A stretch of DNA of 64,000 bases from a virus. Position 1 is the first letter of the stretch. Every line of letters starts with the position of its first letter. Below, piece after piece: positions 28,689-40,065 of this stretch. The notes below the pieces were generated by a model, which searched no databases, was not told the origin of the DNA, and worked only from the letters and a program-made list of their open reading frames with translations. Where the stretch lies: IMG/VR virus record IMGVR_UViG_3300032236_000771, positions 1-64,000 of that record; one strand, 5' to 3'. Both the position numbers and the translations under genes were made by a program.

Positions 28689-31600
28689 TATGCAGTCAGG
28701 TCTCCCGATACTACCCAAGTGTCAGTAGCAATCTTTACCAGCGATACTAGAGACCACTGAGCACGAAGCTTTAGGCCCGGTGTGCCATTTACAGTTACGC
28801 CAGAGCCAGCCACAATCGTGGTCTGTCCAGCACCATACTGAAGCACGGTCAAAGTAGTGCCGATGGCAAATGCCACTGAGGAGTTTGGTGGCACGGTTAG
28901 GTTGTTTGCCGAAGCAACGTTCATCTGAACCAGCACGTTCTTGTCGCTTAGCACCAAGGTGTACGACGAGGTCTGAGCGTTGATGCTAGTGACAGTGGGG
29001 GCATCTGCACCAGTTGGACCTGTGGGTCCCGTAGGTCCAGTTACCGCAGGCCCTGTAGGGCCAGTAGGACCAGTTACGGTAGATGCCGCACCAGTCGGTC
29101 CAGTAGGACCAGTTCCAGTGGTCATCAAGGCAGCCGAGAAGTATGTTCCCTGACTGCTGCTACCGCCATACTGAAGCGTTTGCGAAGTCGGGTTACCTGT
29201 GTAAGCGGTGAAGTCTACGTAGTCGGTTGAGCCGTTTAGGTAAACCAACTTGGTGACGTTTTGCGAGTAAGCATTACCAGACAAGGTCTGAGTCTGGTCA
29301 ATGGCGAACGTGCTGCCATTCTTACGCAACTGGATGTTGTTCTGGTTGTTAGTGACCGAAGCAACCGCCCACCATGCTTGGAGGGTAACCTCGTAGTAGC
29401 CAGCGTAAAGCGGAGTGAACTTCTTAGTCGAAGCGTTCCACCAAGAGTTAGGGTCAAAGTCAGCCACAAATGGGATGACCAAGTCTGAGCCATTAGTAAC
29501 CGTCTGGTCACCAGTCAACTTACCCTGAGTAACGGTGTTAGTTGCAGAGATGTTAGCACTTGGACCAGTAGGGCCTGTTGGTCCAGTCGGACCCGTAGCC
29601 CCAGTAGGACCAGTTCCACCGTTGTTTCCTGGAACACCTTGAGGACCAGTTGGACCTGTTGGACCTGTCGGACCAGTAGCACCAGTAAGGCCAGTGGCAC
29701 CAGTAGGCCCAGTTACCGTAGAGGCGGCTCCCGTAGCACCAGTAGGGCCAGTCGGGCCAGTTGGGCCAGTTGGGCCAGTAGCTCCTGTTGGGCCAGTGGC
29801 ACCGTTATTTCCAGCGGTTCCTTGGATACCCTGAGAACCCTGAGCACCCTGCGGCCCTGTCGGTCCAGTAGGTCCCTGAGCCCCTGTAGGGCCCGTAGGG
29901 CCAGTTACAGTCGAAGCGGCACCAGTGGCACCAGTTGGACCAGTAGGCCCTGTAGGACCCTGTGAGCCCGTGCTACCAGTAGGACCAGTGGCACCAGTTG
30001 GTCCAAGTTGGGTGTACATAACCTGAGTAGCGGTTACGATAACACCAGGGGTTGCTGGGGTAGTTGGAGTAGTTCCAGCGGCAATAGTCTCAATAGATAA
30101 AGAAGTAGACTCTGCCTGCCACCAGAACTCAATGTAGTCATTAGCCGCAACGGTAAAGACAAAGTTCACGGTCTCAAGCATCTGACCGTTAATTCCACCG
30201 TGGGAGTTAGGGACAGTCAACTGGCTGCCTGAATAAGGCATGTCTGTGCCGTTCTTACGCAGCCACAAGTTGGCGTTGGCAATTGACGATGAAGTGTTGA
30301 CCAACTGAACCGAGATGGTGACGCTATAGGTTCCAGCGTGTTGGAAAGTTAGGCGACCAGCAGCGTCGTTCGCTACACCATTGGCCTCGTAGGTGTTGTT
30401 GATGTCTACGAGGTAGGCAGTGGTGGTGCTTGAGATGTTCTGGGTGGTGGTGTTGTAGAACGAGCCGTAGTAACCCAGGGCACCGCCAGCACCAGTGGCA
30501 CCAGTAGGACCGACAATCTGGCCTACGTTGTTCCAAGTAGAGCCGTTCCAGACATAAAGGTCGCTGTTCGACTGAACGATGTAAGCATCGTTAACCGAGT
30601 TGCCAGAGCCTGGCAAGTTAACTGGGGCTGCTACTGAGCCCTTCAAGTTGATTGAGGTACCCTGCGGACCCGTTGGTCCAGTTGGGCCCTGCGGACCCGT
30701 TACGTTAGACGCAGCACCAGTTGGGCCAGTTGCTCCCGTTGCACCTGTAGGTCCCTGAGGGCCTGTGGCTCCAGTTGCTCCAGTAGCACCAGTTGGGCCA
30801 GTAGCACCCGTCGCTCCCGCATTGCCCTGAGTACCCTGCGGACCCTGTGGGCCTGTGTCTCCTTGTGGGCCAGTTGGGCCTGTGTTTCCACGAGGGCCAG
30901 TGGCACCAGCTGGACCAGTGGCACCTGTCGCACCAGTAGGTCCAGTTGCTCCGTTAGAACCAGCAGGTCCAGTTGCTCCAGTAGGGCCAGTAGGGCCTGA
31001 GCCAGCAGGGACGTTGACCCACGCCTGAAGTCCCGCATCAAACGCAATAACATCGCCATCGGCAAGAGTTAGTGGGTCTACAAGGAGGTCACGAAGTTCC
31101 TCAAGAGTAGGGAGGAACTTAGGGTAAACAAATACCTGACCAGCGGTGGCATCCTGGAAAAGGCACACGCCGATTGGGGTACCGAAGTAAACGCCCGTAG
31201 GGTAGTCGGTAGTAAGTTGGCCGTCATCGTAGGTGAAGACAACTTGCCCTTCAACTAGGGACGAGGTGTCTAGGCCGTGGACAACGCCGTAGGTGGTTAC
31301 GTAGCCTAGTTCACCCGCAAGGATGTCCTGAGTAAGAATGCCCAAGAAGCGTTCGGCAGAGCCGTCATTGGTATCGGTAACGTGGTCAACAACAAGGTTA
31401 TCGTTGTCTGAGCCTGTTACATAAACGGCACGACCGTTAAGAAGAGTGTGGCCCGCACCATTCTTTACAAGCTGGTTTAGTTCTTGGCCAATTTGCAAGT
31501 TAGCGTTGCCGTTAAGCATCTGGAACTCAAGAGTTCCAACCTGGGCATTCCAAGCCAACTGACCCGGCTGCTGTGAACGGTAGTCACTGTCTACAGCCAT

Positions 31601-32311
31601 AGATAGACGTGTAAAGGCATCAGTGCCGTCTAGAAGGGCAGAAGTATTGGCATCGCTTCCAGAAGGACCAGTGTCGCCCTGAGGCCCCGTAGGACCCAAA
31701 TCTCCTTGAGGACCAGTAGGTCCAGTATCGCCTTGTGGTCCAGTAGGACCGAGGTCTCCCTGAGGGCCCGTAGGTCCTTGAGAGCCCGCTTCACCAGCAG
31801 GCCCCGTAGGTCCTTCCGAACCGTTCTCGCCAGCAGGACCAGTCGGTCCTGTAGGCCCAGTGTCGCCTTGAGGACCAAGGCTTCCTTGAGGTCCAGTAGG
31901 TCCCTGGTCTCCTCGCTCACCAGCAGGTCCAGTTGGGCCAGTTGGGCCCGCAGGTCCAGTTGGACCAGTAGGACCAGTCGCACCAGTAGGTAGCGGGATA
32001 GTGTTCTGTACCCAACCACCGTCTGCATACGTGTAGATGTAGACGATGGTCGGGTCAGTAGAGAGAACAAATGCCCACTGCTGTGGCTGAAGTCCGCTAG
32101 GGAATCCTGACTCTAGGTCAGACAGCGATGGGTAGGTGCCAGCGAACTGGGCAGGGTGTCCCTCTGCACCAGTTCGTGGCGACCAGGTAGAGCCATCGTA
32201 AACATACACAACTTCGTCATTAGTATTGAAAAAGAGGTCGCCAGTGTGGCCCACCGACGGCAGCGTACTGCCAGTCGGTAGACCTACTGGGGTGAGAAAT
32301 TTTCTAGACAA
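28688..32311 (-). CDS. Long collagen-like fibre with C1q/BclA-C-like domains
   Basis: Several (GPT/GAT/GPQ)n blocks; AGTYSV and AGYYEV beta-sandwiches. Confidence 0.9.
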   Translation of the reverse strand: MSRKFLTPVGLPTGSTLPSVGHTGDLFFNTNDEVVYVYDGSTWSPRTGAEGHPAQFAGTYPSLSDLESGFPSGLQPQQWAFVLSTDPTIVYIYTYADGGWVQNTIPLPTGATGPTGPTGPAGPTGPTGPAGERGDQGPTGPQGSLGPQGDTGPTGPTGPAGENGSEGPTGPAGEAGSQGPTGPQGDLGPTGPQGDTGPTGPQGDLGPTGPQGDTGPSGSDANTSALLDGTDAFTRLSMAVDSDYRSQQPGQLAWNAQVGTLEFQMLNGNANLQIGQELNQLVKNGAGHTLLNGRAVYVTGSDNDNLVVDHVTDTNDGSAERFLGILTQDILAGELGYVTTYGVVHGLDTSSLVEGQVVFTYDDGQLTTDYPTGVYFGTPIGVCLFQDATAGQVFVYPKFLPTLEELRDLLVDPLTLADGDVIAFDAGLQAWVNVPAGSGPTGPTGATGPAGSNGATGPTGATGATGPAGATGPRGNTGPTGPQGDTGPQGPQGTQGNAGATGATGPTGATGATGATGPQGPTGATGATGPTGAASNVTGPQGPTGPTGPQGTSINLKGSVAAPVNLPGSGNSVNDAYIVQSNSDLYVWNGSTWNNVGQIVGPTGATGAGGALGYYGSFYNTTTQNISSTTTAYLVDINNTYEANGVANDAAGRLTFQHAGTYSVTISVQLVNTSSSIANANLWLRKNGTDMPYSGSQLTVPNSHGGINGQMLETVNFVFTVAANDYIEFWWQAESTSLSIETIAAGTTPTTPATPGVIVTATQVMYTQLGPTGATGPTGSTGSQGPTGPTGPTGATGAASTVTGPTGPTGAQGPTGPTGPQGAQGSQGIQGTAGNNGATGPTGATGPTGPTGPTGPTGATGAASTVTGPTGATGLTGATGPTGPTGPTGPQGVPGNNGGTGPTGATGPTGPTGPTGPSANISATNTVTQGKLTGDQTVTNGSDLVIPFVADFDPNSWWNASTKKFTPLYAGYYEVTLQAWWAVASVTNNQNNIQLRKNGSTFAIDQTQTLSGNAYSQNVTKLVYLNGSTDYVDFTAYTGNPTSQTLQYGGSSSQGTYFSAALMTTGTGPTGPTGAASTVTGPTGPTGPAVTGPTGPTGPTGADAPTVTSINAQTSSYTLVLSDKNVLVQMNVASANNLTVPPNSSVAFAIGTTLTVLQYGAGQTTIVAGSGVTVNGTPGLKLRAQWSLVSLVKIATDTWVVSGDLTA

Positions 32312-32331
32312 AGCTGTGTTCCTTTAGGTTA

Positions 32332-34104
32332 TTAGCCTACGATTACGACTCGGTAAGTGTTGGAAGATACGTTGCTTGATGCCCAAGTAATGGTAACAGT
32401 ATTTACGTCAGTCATCACTACATCGGCCTCAACAAGAGCACCACTGCTAACTTCACGCATCTGGACAGTAACGTCCTGGGTGCCGAAGTTGTGGGTAACA
32501 GTCCAGGTAACCTGGCCACCCGATGCAGTCAGTAAGCCGTTAGCAGCAGCATACTTGCGAACGCCGTAGCCGTTGGTGGTGTCTAGAGCAACGCCACCGC
32601 TTCCTACGGTAATACCAGTTCCACCAATAACGTAGATTCCGCCATCGGTGTCAAGACCACCAGTAGAGCTGAGGTTGGCTTTTAGACCAGAGCCCGATAC
32701 TGAAAGGCTGTCGCCATCAAGGTCAACCGAGATGGTGTTACCAGTGATGTCGATTCCGTTGCCAGAAGAGTACTCACCAGCAGCCGAGAACTGAGTCCAG
32801 ACGACACCTCCAGGTGGAAACATTGTAGTAATGTTAGTAACAATAAAGCCTCGAGCAGCGTTAGTGCCTTGCTCTACGAATACATAGTCGCCCTTTTCTG
32901 GGGTCAACTGGTCCGCAGCACGGGACAGGGTGGTGGTGGCTAGGTCGTAGACATAGATACCGTTCTGAGTTATGTCAGCCTGGTCCTTAAGCAGAACACG
33001 GGCACCATCCTCAAGAGTTCCTAAGTCCACAGTGGTGACGTTAGTAAGGTCTGGAACATCTGCAGTAGAGGCAACAACTACAGACTCCTTGACGTTCAGT
33101 CCAGAAGCAACTGAGTCAACGTATGCCTTGGTAGCAGCGTCCTGTGCACTTGATGGGTCAAGGAGGTTGACGATGCGGTGTGCAGACTGAGCATCAAGGT
33201 CATCGCCAAGAGCGGTGTTGGTCAGAGTCTTGCTGTCGAAGGTCTGGCTAGTACCAACAGTTGCAATCTCACGCTCTGGGTGAGCCGAGGTTGCGTCGTT
33301 ACCCCAGTGGATGTATGCCTTACCAGTGTGGCCACCGCCAGCGTCGTTACCTGGGTAAAGAACGATGTCGTTAGTTGCACGTAGCGATAGGTCATCTGCA
33401 GCAATAAGGTGAGCGGTACCAATACCCGAAACATCGATGGTAAGGCCCTCGAAGGTACCGTTACGGAACGAGGTGGTTCCAGTTACGATTGCACCGTCGA
33501 TGGTCTTGTTGCTGAGGGTCTGGGTAGCGTCGGTAATAACAACGTTCTCACCGAGGTCTAGTTCGCCAGTAGTAACACTGAGGTTTGAACCAACCGAAGT
33601 GATGTAGTTAGGTGCTAGACCAGAGATTGCAGACGAGATTCGGTCTGAAACAGTGTTGCCAGCGGTGCCGTCTACGGTGCTGTCACCAATCAGGCTGTTG
33701 ACGAAGGTCTCGGTAGCGTAGCCAGAAAGGGCGGCAGAAGTGATGTAGCCCTGGCCAGTAACGAAGGTCTCGGTTGCGTAACCTGAAAGAGCGGTTGAAA
33801 TGTCGCCAGTAGTAGCAAAACCATCACCAGTAAGGGTCGACTCAATAGTGCTGTAGTTAAGCGACAGTTCGCCAGTAGAGACGTTAAAGTCGCTAGTGGT
33901 CGAAGTGATGTAGCCACCGCCAGCCTCAGAGGTGATGTAGTCGAGCCACTGAGTGCCGCTCCACTGACGGAGGTTGCCTGCGTTAGTGTCAAAGTAAATC
34001 TGACCAGTAACAGGTGAAGATGGGGCAGTTGACAAACTCTGAATGGCTGCGTTAAGCAGTTCATTCTTATTTAGGTCAATGCCTGTTAGAAATTGTCTTG
34101 ACAT
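32332..34104 (-). CDS. Fibre protein
   Basis: YATET repeats, QTLSNKT, DAATKAYVD, RVLLKDQ....NGIY; C-terminal THNFG domain. Confidence 0.85.
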   Translation of the reverse strand: MSRQFLTGIDLNKNELLNAAIQSLSTAPSSPVTGQIYFDTNAGNLRQWSGTQWLDYITSEAGGGYITSTTSDFNVSTGELSLNYSTIESTLTGDGFATTGDISTALSGYATETFVTGQGYITSAALSGYATETFVNSLIGDSTVDGTAGNTVSDRISSAISGLAPNYITSVGSNLSVTTGELDLGENVVITDATQTLSNKTIDGAIVTGTTSFRNGTFEGLTIDVSGIGTAHLIAADDLSLRATNDIVLYPGNDAGGGHTGKAYIHWGNDATSAHPEREIATVGTSQTFDSKTLTNTALGDDLDAQSAHRIVNLLDPSSAQDAATKAYVDSVASGLNVKESVVVASTADVPDLTNVTTVDLGTLEDGARVLLKDQADITQNGIYVYDLATTTLSRAADQLTPEKGDYVFVEQGTNAARGFIVTNITTMFPPGGVVWTQFSAAGEYSSGNGIDITGNTISVDLDGDSLSVSGSGLKANLSSTGGLDTDGGIYVIGGTGITVGSGGVALDTTNGYGVRKYAAANGLLTASGGQVTWTVTHNFGTQDVTVQMREVSSGALVEADVVMTDVNTVTITWASSNVSSNTYRVVIVG

Positions 34105-34112
34105 TTATTTCC

Positions 34113-34559
34113 TTAAGAAAGAATTGCAGTTCCAGAGATTGCCGCTGAAAATGCGATGGTTAAAGTGGTGTTGTCGGTGTGTGTTATCGTGCCCTCAACC
34201 ATGCGGTTTGAACTATCAAACGCCGTAACGTTCGGATAGAACCGTAGGTTGTGGGTAATGACCCAGTTATTGGAAGTTGCTGATTGCGTATGTCTGTACG
34301 CAACTTTGGTTGGCAGCAAAGGGTCTGCCGACGCTCCTGGACCCGTAGGACCAGTAACTCCTTGAGGTCCTGTAGGACCAGTTGGTCCCGCAGGACCAGT
34401 AGGGCCAGTCGCCCCTCGTGCACCCCTTTGACCAGGAACACCGGGCAGTAGAGTGGTGTCAATTGCTGGATAGCCTGGGCTATTGGGAACAAATGTTCCA
34501 GCATCTAGTAACGCCACATCTACTGGCGGCATTTTCGGAGCAGTAGGGTTAATTGGCAT
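34113..34559 (-). CDS. Short collagen-like adaptor
   Basis: GPT block then HTQ.....W.ITHNL..YPNVT. Confidence 0.8.
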   Translation of the reverse strand: MPINPTAPKMPPVDVALLDAGTFVPNSPGYPAIDTTLLPGVPGQRGARGATGPTGPAGPTGPTGPQGVTGPTGPGASADPLLPTKVAYRHTQSATSNNWVITHNLRFYPNVTAFDSSNRMVEGTITHTDNTTLTIAFSAAISGTAILS

Positions 34560-35875
34560 TACAAGACCACACTGCTGACTGGGTCTGTAAAGAAGTTGCC
34601 ACCTTGTACTTCGTCTGGAAGAATAGTTCCGCTATTAGGGTCAGTGTGATTAGGGTCAACCAACTGTAGCGACCAGTAAGTCCGACTTGGCAGACGCAAG
34701 GTCTGGTCCGCAGTCAAGGACAGCGTGGCGGTGTAGGTTCTGTCTGCGTTGAGCAGAGCAGTTGCGGTTAGCCCAGTCAATGCCAATGGCGTTGTGTGGG
34801 TAGTGGTTACAGTGAAGTTATTGGCGTCTACGACTGCGGTTACAACCCATGTTTGATTTAATTCAGTGTTTACGCCAATAACGTTTATGGAATCACCCAC
34901 GGCAAAAGTATTGCCCGCAGCGGTGATTTGAGCAGTAGTGCTTCCAGATGCCCTAGTGACGGCAGTGACTGCAAAGCTATTTAGGTCAACTACTTCTAGC
35001 CCGAACTCTTGCACTATCAGTACGCTTCCACGCTGAGGCAGCACATTAGCCACAAATGAGCATGAAAGGTCATACTGACCAGTAAAAGTAAGGGTAGTGC
35101 TGAAAGCACGGCCTTGATACGCCGTTAGCTCACCAGCATCGGTAGGCCATACGGCAGGCTTGTCGCCGTAGGTAGGCAACTCGTCGCGAACACGCTGTGG
35201 GTATGAGCGGTCATCGACTTCTTGAGGCTTGTACACAGGAACGTAACGGTTGGTAGCCTTCGATACTCGACGCAACGTAAACACGTCAATCTTGTACATA
35301 CCTAGGCCAAGTTGAACACAAAGTTCCTTATACTGAGCCTGACGCTCAGCAATTTGCTGGTTCAACTGGCGGTAACGCTCAGATCGCGGAATGCTGACGC
35401 CATCTGGTGCGGCAATGTCGATGTCAAAGGCAGCATCGGTTGCTAGGGTATACAAAGCCAAAGTAGTGGCATAAATAGCCACTGGGTATTCCTCAATAGG
35501 AGGCAATGTTGCTACGGTCACTTTACGGCCCAGAGAGTCTACGTGATTAGCAGTGTGCTGAAGAACAGCGTCAGTTACAAGCGACGATAGCTCAGCGGCG
35601 GTGAAGTAGCGGTAGTAGTTGCCACTTACAGTAACCTCAACACCGTCGTCTAAGACGGTGTCAGTTACGAGAATGCCCGTAGATTCCTCAACGGAGGACT
35701 GAGAGGTAATGTCGGTGCCGTCAGCAAAGACGTAAACGCTTGAAGCGTCTAGGGGAGAGTAGTGGAGTTGGAAACGGTTTGTCGTTCCATCGGCAACGAA
35801 CTGGGTAACAAAAGACTTGCCGAGGTCACCAAGTTCCAGACGAACCCGGTCAACAAGACTAGAGATGGTTGCCAA
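34559..35875 (-). CDS. Head-tail connector/neck protein with C-terminal extension
   Basis: LVDRVRLELGD...YF...EL; GGAGG RBS before TTG; follows capsid module. Confidence 0.7.
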   Translation of the reverse strand: MATISSLVDRVRLELGDLGKSFVTQFVADGTTNRFQLHYSPLDASSVYVFADGTDITSQSSVEESTGILVTDTVLDDGVEVTVSGNYYRYFTAAELSSLVTDAVLQHTANHVDSLGRKVTVATLPPIEEYPVAIYATTLALYTLATDAAFDIDIAAPDGVSIPRSERYRQLNQQIAERQAQYKELCVQLGLGMYKIDVFTLRRVSKATNRYVPVYKPQEVDDRSYPQRVRDELPTYGDKPAVWPTDAGELTAYQGRAFSTTLTFTGQYDLSCSFVANVLPQRGSVLIVQEFGLEVVDLNSFAVTAVTRASGSTTAQITAAGNTFAVGDSINVIGVNTELNQTWVVTAVVDANNFTVTTTHTTPLALTGLTATALLNADRTYTATLSLTADQTLRLPSRTYWSLQLVDPNHTDPNSGTILPDEVQGGNFFTDPVSSVVL

Positions 35876-35933
35876 TTTTCCTCCGAAAATCTTCTGTATT
35901 TATGTTCCCCTAAACAGGGCAAAAATACTGCGT

Positions 35934-35982
35934 AAAAAAAGTCCACCCTGCTGGGAGGAGGGCGGGTACCAGCAGGGTGGAC
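35934..35982 (-). terminator. Strong intrinsic terminator
   Basis: 14-bp perfect stem GTCCACCCTGCTGG/CCAGCAGGGTGGAC followed by T7. Confidence 0.85.
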
Positions 35983-35996
35983 AGTTTAAGAGGCTA

Positions 35997-36368
35997 CTAA
36001 CCTACTGAGGAAATGTAACCAAGCTGGTCGAGATACACGGCAAGCGAACGAGGAACTCGGTACTTGACGCCCATCTTGAATGTGTAGTGATTGCCTACAC
36101 CAAAAGTCATGTCTTCGATGTCGTGTGAAGTTCGGATAATGACAGTGTCGTTATTTACCGAAACTCCGACTGATTCAACCTCGTCGATAAGCAGTGGCTC
36201 ATCTGGCTTCTTTGGGTCGAAAACATCGTTCTGAAGACTCTCTGCTTCAGCCTGACGGCTGAGAGAAATCTCGTCTGCACGGTCCTGAAGGGCCTTTGCA
36301 TTTGCCTTAGCAGCCTGTTCTGCTGCACGGCCTGTTGCGTCCATTGGACTAGTTGAGGATTTTACCAC
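35997..36368 (-). CDS. Conserved protein downstream of MCP
   Basis: GTG at 36368 with AGGAG RBS; Y.FK.G.KYRVP..LA.YL...GY. Confidence 0.7.
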   Translation of the reverse strand: MVKSSTSPMDATGRAAEQAAKANAKALQDRADEISLSRQAEAESLQNDVFDPKKPDEPLLIDEVESVGVSVNNDTVIIRTSHDIEDMTFGVGNHYTFKMGVKYRVPRSLAVYLDQLGYISSVG

Positions 36369-36406
36369 GTTGATTATTCTCCTAATGTGATTTGGTTTTA
36401 GTGTAA

Positions 36407-36430
36407 GGGACGGGGCCGAAGCCCCGCCCC
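36407..36430 (-). terminator. cUUCGg hairpin after MCP (terminator or stabiliser)
   Basis: GGGGCGGGGC-TTCG-GCCCCGTCCC with a weak U tail. Confidence 0.65.
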
Positions 36431-36447
36431 CTGCACAAAGGTGGCTA

Positions 36448-37575
36448 CTAGTTGGTGTAAACCTTGTTGATAGCCTGGTCGGTGATGATACCGAGACCCC
36501 AGATTGAGTACCATGCGAGTGCGTGTTCACGACCGAAGTCCAGAACACCACCGTCACGGAGCTCAACAGGGAGCGAGATTGCGTGACCAAATGCGTTGTC
36601 ACCAATCATGATTGACTCGTAAACGTCAGCTGCGTTACCAGTTGCGTTGGTCAAGTAACCCGAAGCCTCTGAAGGGTTTTCTGGGTTACCACCCTGACCG
36701 CGGCCAGTGTTAGCAAGTACTGGCACAGAAGTCTGTGAACCAGGAGTGCCTACCAGCGACGAGGTGGTGTAGCCCGACTGCGATGCAGCAAGCTTCTTAA
36801 CCTGAGTGGTCTCGATGAAGACGACGTCGTAAAGACGACCAATCTCACCAAGCATGAAGTTACCTGGAGCAGCGTACTTGGTGACTTCGATGAACTCTGG
36901 GTTCGAGCGAAGGTCACGGCTCTGCTTAGGGTGGATGAACTGGACGTAGGTCTCACCAATGCGAGGGATGTTCTTGCCAGCAAGAACCAGTGCCGAGTCC
37001 TTGATTGCACCGGTGGTCAACTTGTAGTTACCATCGAGGTCAGCAATCGCGGTACCAACGGTACCCTCGTCATAGTTGGTGAAGGCACCACCCGAGATGC
37101 CCGAACGGTCGTAACCGAACGAAGCCGAGGTAGCAGCCGAGAGGGTGTCACGAGCCTGTACGTCGAGGTACTGGGCCATGTGACGACCGAGCAGACGCGA
37201 AGCCGATGCCATGATGTCATCGAACGATGCGTTGAGGAGCAACTCCGACACAGCAACTGCGTAACCGTGCTCAGCAACGGTGATAGCAATCTGCTCTGCA
37301 GTAAGTGCGTTGGTGGTCATACGGACACCTTCGGTCAGTGGAGTTGGGTCCACTGCGAAGTTCTTGTAACGCAGGAAGTTCACACGGAGACCTGGTGCAA
37401 CACCAAGCTCAGTCTTCTTTACTGCGAACTGCTCAAAGCGAAGAATAGGCATCGCCTGGAACAGGATTTCCTTCGACCAGATGGTCTGGATTGCTTGCGA
37501 TAGCTGGCTGTTTGAACCAGAGTACGCAGTAGGAGCCGAGGCAAGCTGGCTCGAACCAGTAATAGCAGAAGCCAT
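36448..37575 (-). CDS. Major capsid protein (N4-gp56-like)
   Basis: LRFEQFA, LTEG, EHG.AV, FIHP.Q..DLR, GEIGRL..V.FIET, DFGR...LAWY. Confidence 0.93.
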   Translation of the reverse strand: MASAITGSSQLASAPTAYSGSNSQLSQAIQTIWSKEILFQAMPILRFEQFAVKKTELGVAPGLRVNFLRYKNFAVDPTPLTEGVRMTTNALTAEQIAITVAEHGYAVAVSELLLNASFDDIMASASRLLGRHMAQYLDVQARDTLSAATSASFGYDRSGISGGAFTNYDEGTVGTAIADLDGNYKLTTGAIKDSALVLAGKNIPRIGETYVQFIHPKQSRDLRSNPEFIEVTKYAAPGNFMLGEIGRLYDVVFIETTQVKKLAASQSGYTTSSLVGTPGSQTSVPVLANTGRGQGGNPENPSEASGYLTNATGNAADVYESIMIGDNAFGHAISLPVELRDGGVLDFGREHALAWYSIWGLGIITDQAINKVYTN

Positions 37576-37608
37576 TATAGGGTTCCTTTCAATTGATTAT
37601 TTACGGGG

Positions 37609-38379
37609 TTATCCAAAGAGACCCTGACCTCTGTTGTTTCCTGAGCCATTCAAAAGCTTGGCTCGATTCTTCGCATAGTCTGCCATGGACATATTTGCAA
37701 TATTGTCCGGGGTGTACGATAGTGAGTCCGAATTGTTGTCGAGGGGTCCGCTGGCTGGCATGGTGATACTTGCACCACGTCCAACCACTTCTTTACGAGT
37801 CTGTTGCGATACTGCTGCAACCGAATCGAAAATCTTTTGTGAACGGGTCTTAAGGTCAGCGATGCTGGCCTCAATCTCGTCCTTACTGTTACCAGAAATC
37901 AGGTCAATTAGTTCTGGCACAATGTTGTCTCGCTCAGACTCAAGACGAGCCTGACGATACTGCTGGAGTTCCTGGAATTCACGCTCACGCTCAAGAAGAG
38001 CAAATGCCTTCTCGCGTTCCGCACGTTCCGAGGCTAGCTGAGCCTGGAACTCCTCTTCCTTGGTCTTGAGAAGCTTCTTGAAACCCATCTCCTCTTCGGC
38101 CTTGGCCTTTTTCTCAGCCTCACGCTCAGCCTCACGGGCTGCTCGTTTCTGAGAACGCTCGGCTTCTCGAGCCTCACGCTCTTCGCGTTCCTTGCGGAGT
38201 GCGGATACCTCTTCACGCAACTTCTCTACCTGTGGGTAAAGTTTTGCTTTCTCCTGAGCACGGGCCTTGGCGATGTCCTCTGCTGTAAATCCAGCAGCGG
38301 CATTAGCCTCTGACGCAAATGCTTCAGCAGGAGTTGGTACGGTTTCGGTAGATTCTACTACCTCTGCATTATCTGCCAT
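37609..38379 (-). CDS. Capsid scaffolding protein
   Basis: Charged coiled coil, C-terminal I..MSM.DY.K.R.KLL; between portal and MCP. Confidence 0.8.
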   Translation of the reverse strand: MADNAEVVESTETVPTPAEAFASEANAAAGFTAEDIAKARAQEKAKLYPQVEKLREEVSALRKEREEREAREAERSQKRAAREAEREAEKKAKAEEEMGFKKLLKTKEEEFQAQLASERAEREKAFALLEREREFQELQQYRQARLESERDNIVPELIDLISGNSKDEIEASIADLKTRSQKIFDSVAAVSQQTRKEVVGRGASITMPASGPLDNNSDSLSYTPDNIANMSMADYAKNRAKLLNGSGNNRGQGLFG

Positions 38380-38510
38380 AGTATTTTCTCTTTTCATTCT
38401 CGAGGGTCGTTATCCGAATTAATGCCACATGACCTTGTCACTTGTACAAAATAAGTTCACCTTATTTGTCCAAACTTGTGTTGCTAAAAGCAAGATAGTT
38501 AGTAAATTAA

Positions 38511-40061
38511 CTAGTCTTTGTCAACGGTACGTCGTGATGGAAGTTTGGTCCCATAAGCCTCAGTTACGAGTTCATTACGGATTGCCATTTCGTCCTGGTC
38601 CTCTGCACCCTGACCGTTGGCCTCTTCGTTCTTGGCGTCTGGCCCAATTACGCCATCGCCTAGAACAGAGCCATCGCCCATCATCATTGGGTCCATTGGA
38701 GTAGCGGTGCCATCAGGGCCTGCCATCATGCCAGTGAGGTCCATAATGGACTTCTGGATTTGAACCTTGACTAGGTTGAGAGCACCATCAGACTTAGCGT
38801 CTTCAATAAGTTCTGAACGAATCTCAAGCAACTTCTCTGCTGGGAACTCTTCGCCAAGGGCACGGAGAGCACCTTCCTTGGACTCGAGGCCCATAGACAT
38901 CTTCTGCTGGAGCTCGTTGAGCAGAATCAACTTGTCTAGTGGCAGTGGCTCTGGGAAATGAGCGTAAGTAACGTAAGTCAGCGGGTCATTAGGGTCCAAC
39001 TGAGCAAGTTGGCCTTCGTTGATTGGGCCGTCTTCGTCTGGATTGTAGGAGAGAGTCTCAGGCTCTTTGACGGCCAAGTTCAGGATAACCAGTTCGTTGA
39101 TACGCTCTAGTCCACTTCCATACTGAGAAATTTTCTGTGACCAACGGTTCATCAATGGCTGGTACTGAATCGAAAGTGCTACACCTGAGGTGTTAGAGAT
39201 GGGCTGAACCTGACCAAGAGCGGTCTCAGGAACACCCATCATCTCATGCATTGAACGCTTAAGGGTTTCAAGGTAAGTCATAGCACCGTTGAGTCCAGCA
39301 GAACCGCCCTCAAGGTTGAATACCTGAGCGTCCTTAGGAAGACCTCCCCAAACCTTCTTAGCACCCTTTTCAAGGTTAGAAGACTTGGCACCAACGATTA
39401 CTGTCACAGGGGCAGCGTGGTAGTTGATGATGTCCGCAACGTCAGTAGCGATTTCGTTGTAAGAACGGTTAATGGTGATGATGTCTTGGGCATCCGACAG
39501 TCCCCAAGGCGAACCAGACACTGGGATATTAGGGATGTGGACAACTGGGATAACGCCCAGTGGATTTGGTCGAGAATCAATCAACTCGTCGTTTACGTAT
39601 TCTTCGATAATGTCATCGGTAAGAATTTCGGTGTAGGTAAAGACCTGACGAGTTCCCTCTAGCGAGGTTCCCCAAAAGCGGTACTTCTGCTTGAAACGAA
39701 GCAGGCGAGTACGGTCGTGTGGGTGGAACTCGGGGAAGCAAAAGGCTGAGTTCAACGGAAGGATGCGGACACGTCCCGGGTGGAAACGGCCAATACTGTC
39801 CTCCCACGCCTCTTCATAAGCAACCTTTACGAAGCAGTCGCCAGTGATGCCGCCGAGCTGTGCCATCTCAAGTAGAACGTGCTGCTTGTCGTTATCGATT
39901 TCCCAGACTCGCTCAAGACGTGCAGGGACGATAGCCTCGGTTGCCTTAGGAGAACGGAAGTGGACACCCTTGCCAAAAGTAAAGCGGGCAATGTAGTCAA
40001 GGAAGGCACGGTAGTAGTTGACCGAAATCTGCATCTCGCCTGACTCACGCTTGTAGCCCCA
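38511..40061 (-). CDS. Portal protein, main 3' segment
   Basis: ITGD.FVKV, NPLG.IPVVH.PN, WG.SD, SGVAL.IQYQPL; open frame extends upstream of the track ATG (40034) as HWGYKRESGE. Confidence 0.9.
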   Translation of the reverse strand, partial: WGYKRESGEMQISVNYYRAFLDYIARFTFGKGVHFRSPKATEAIVPARLERVWEIDNDKQHVLLEMAQLGGITGDCFVKVAYEEAWEDSIGRFHPGRVRILPLNSAFCFPEFHPHDRTRLLRFKQKYRFWGTSLEGTRQVFTYTEILTDDIIEEYVNDELIDSRPNPLGVIPVVHIPNIPVSGSPWGLSDAQDIITINRSYNEIATDVADIINYHAAPVTVIVGAKSSNLEKGAKKVWGGLPKDAQVFNLEGGSAGLNGAMTYLETLKRSMHEMMGVPETALGQVQPISNTSGVALSIQYQPLMNRWSQKISQYGSGLERINELVILNLAVKEPETLSYNPDEDGPINEGQLAQLDPNDPLTYVTYAHFPEPLPLDKLILLNELQQKMSMGLESKEGALRALGEEFPAEKLLEIRSELIEDAKSDGALNLVKVQIQKSIMDLTGMMAGPDGTATPMDPMMMGDGSVLGDGVIGPDAKNEEANGQGAEDQDEMAIRNELVTEAYGTKLPSRRTVDKD

Positions 40062-40065
40062 ATGC

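Noticed and set aside
27627-34104. Diversity-generating retroelement acting on fibres
   Set aside because: No reverse transcriptase or TR/VR pair seen in the window
36369-36605. Longer start for ORF 35997
   Set aside because: Overlaps MCP and its hairpin; the RBS supports GTG 36368
38406-38417. 12-bp match TCGGATAACGAC to the early motif at 62191
   Set aside because: A single 12-mer match is expected by chance in 64 kb
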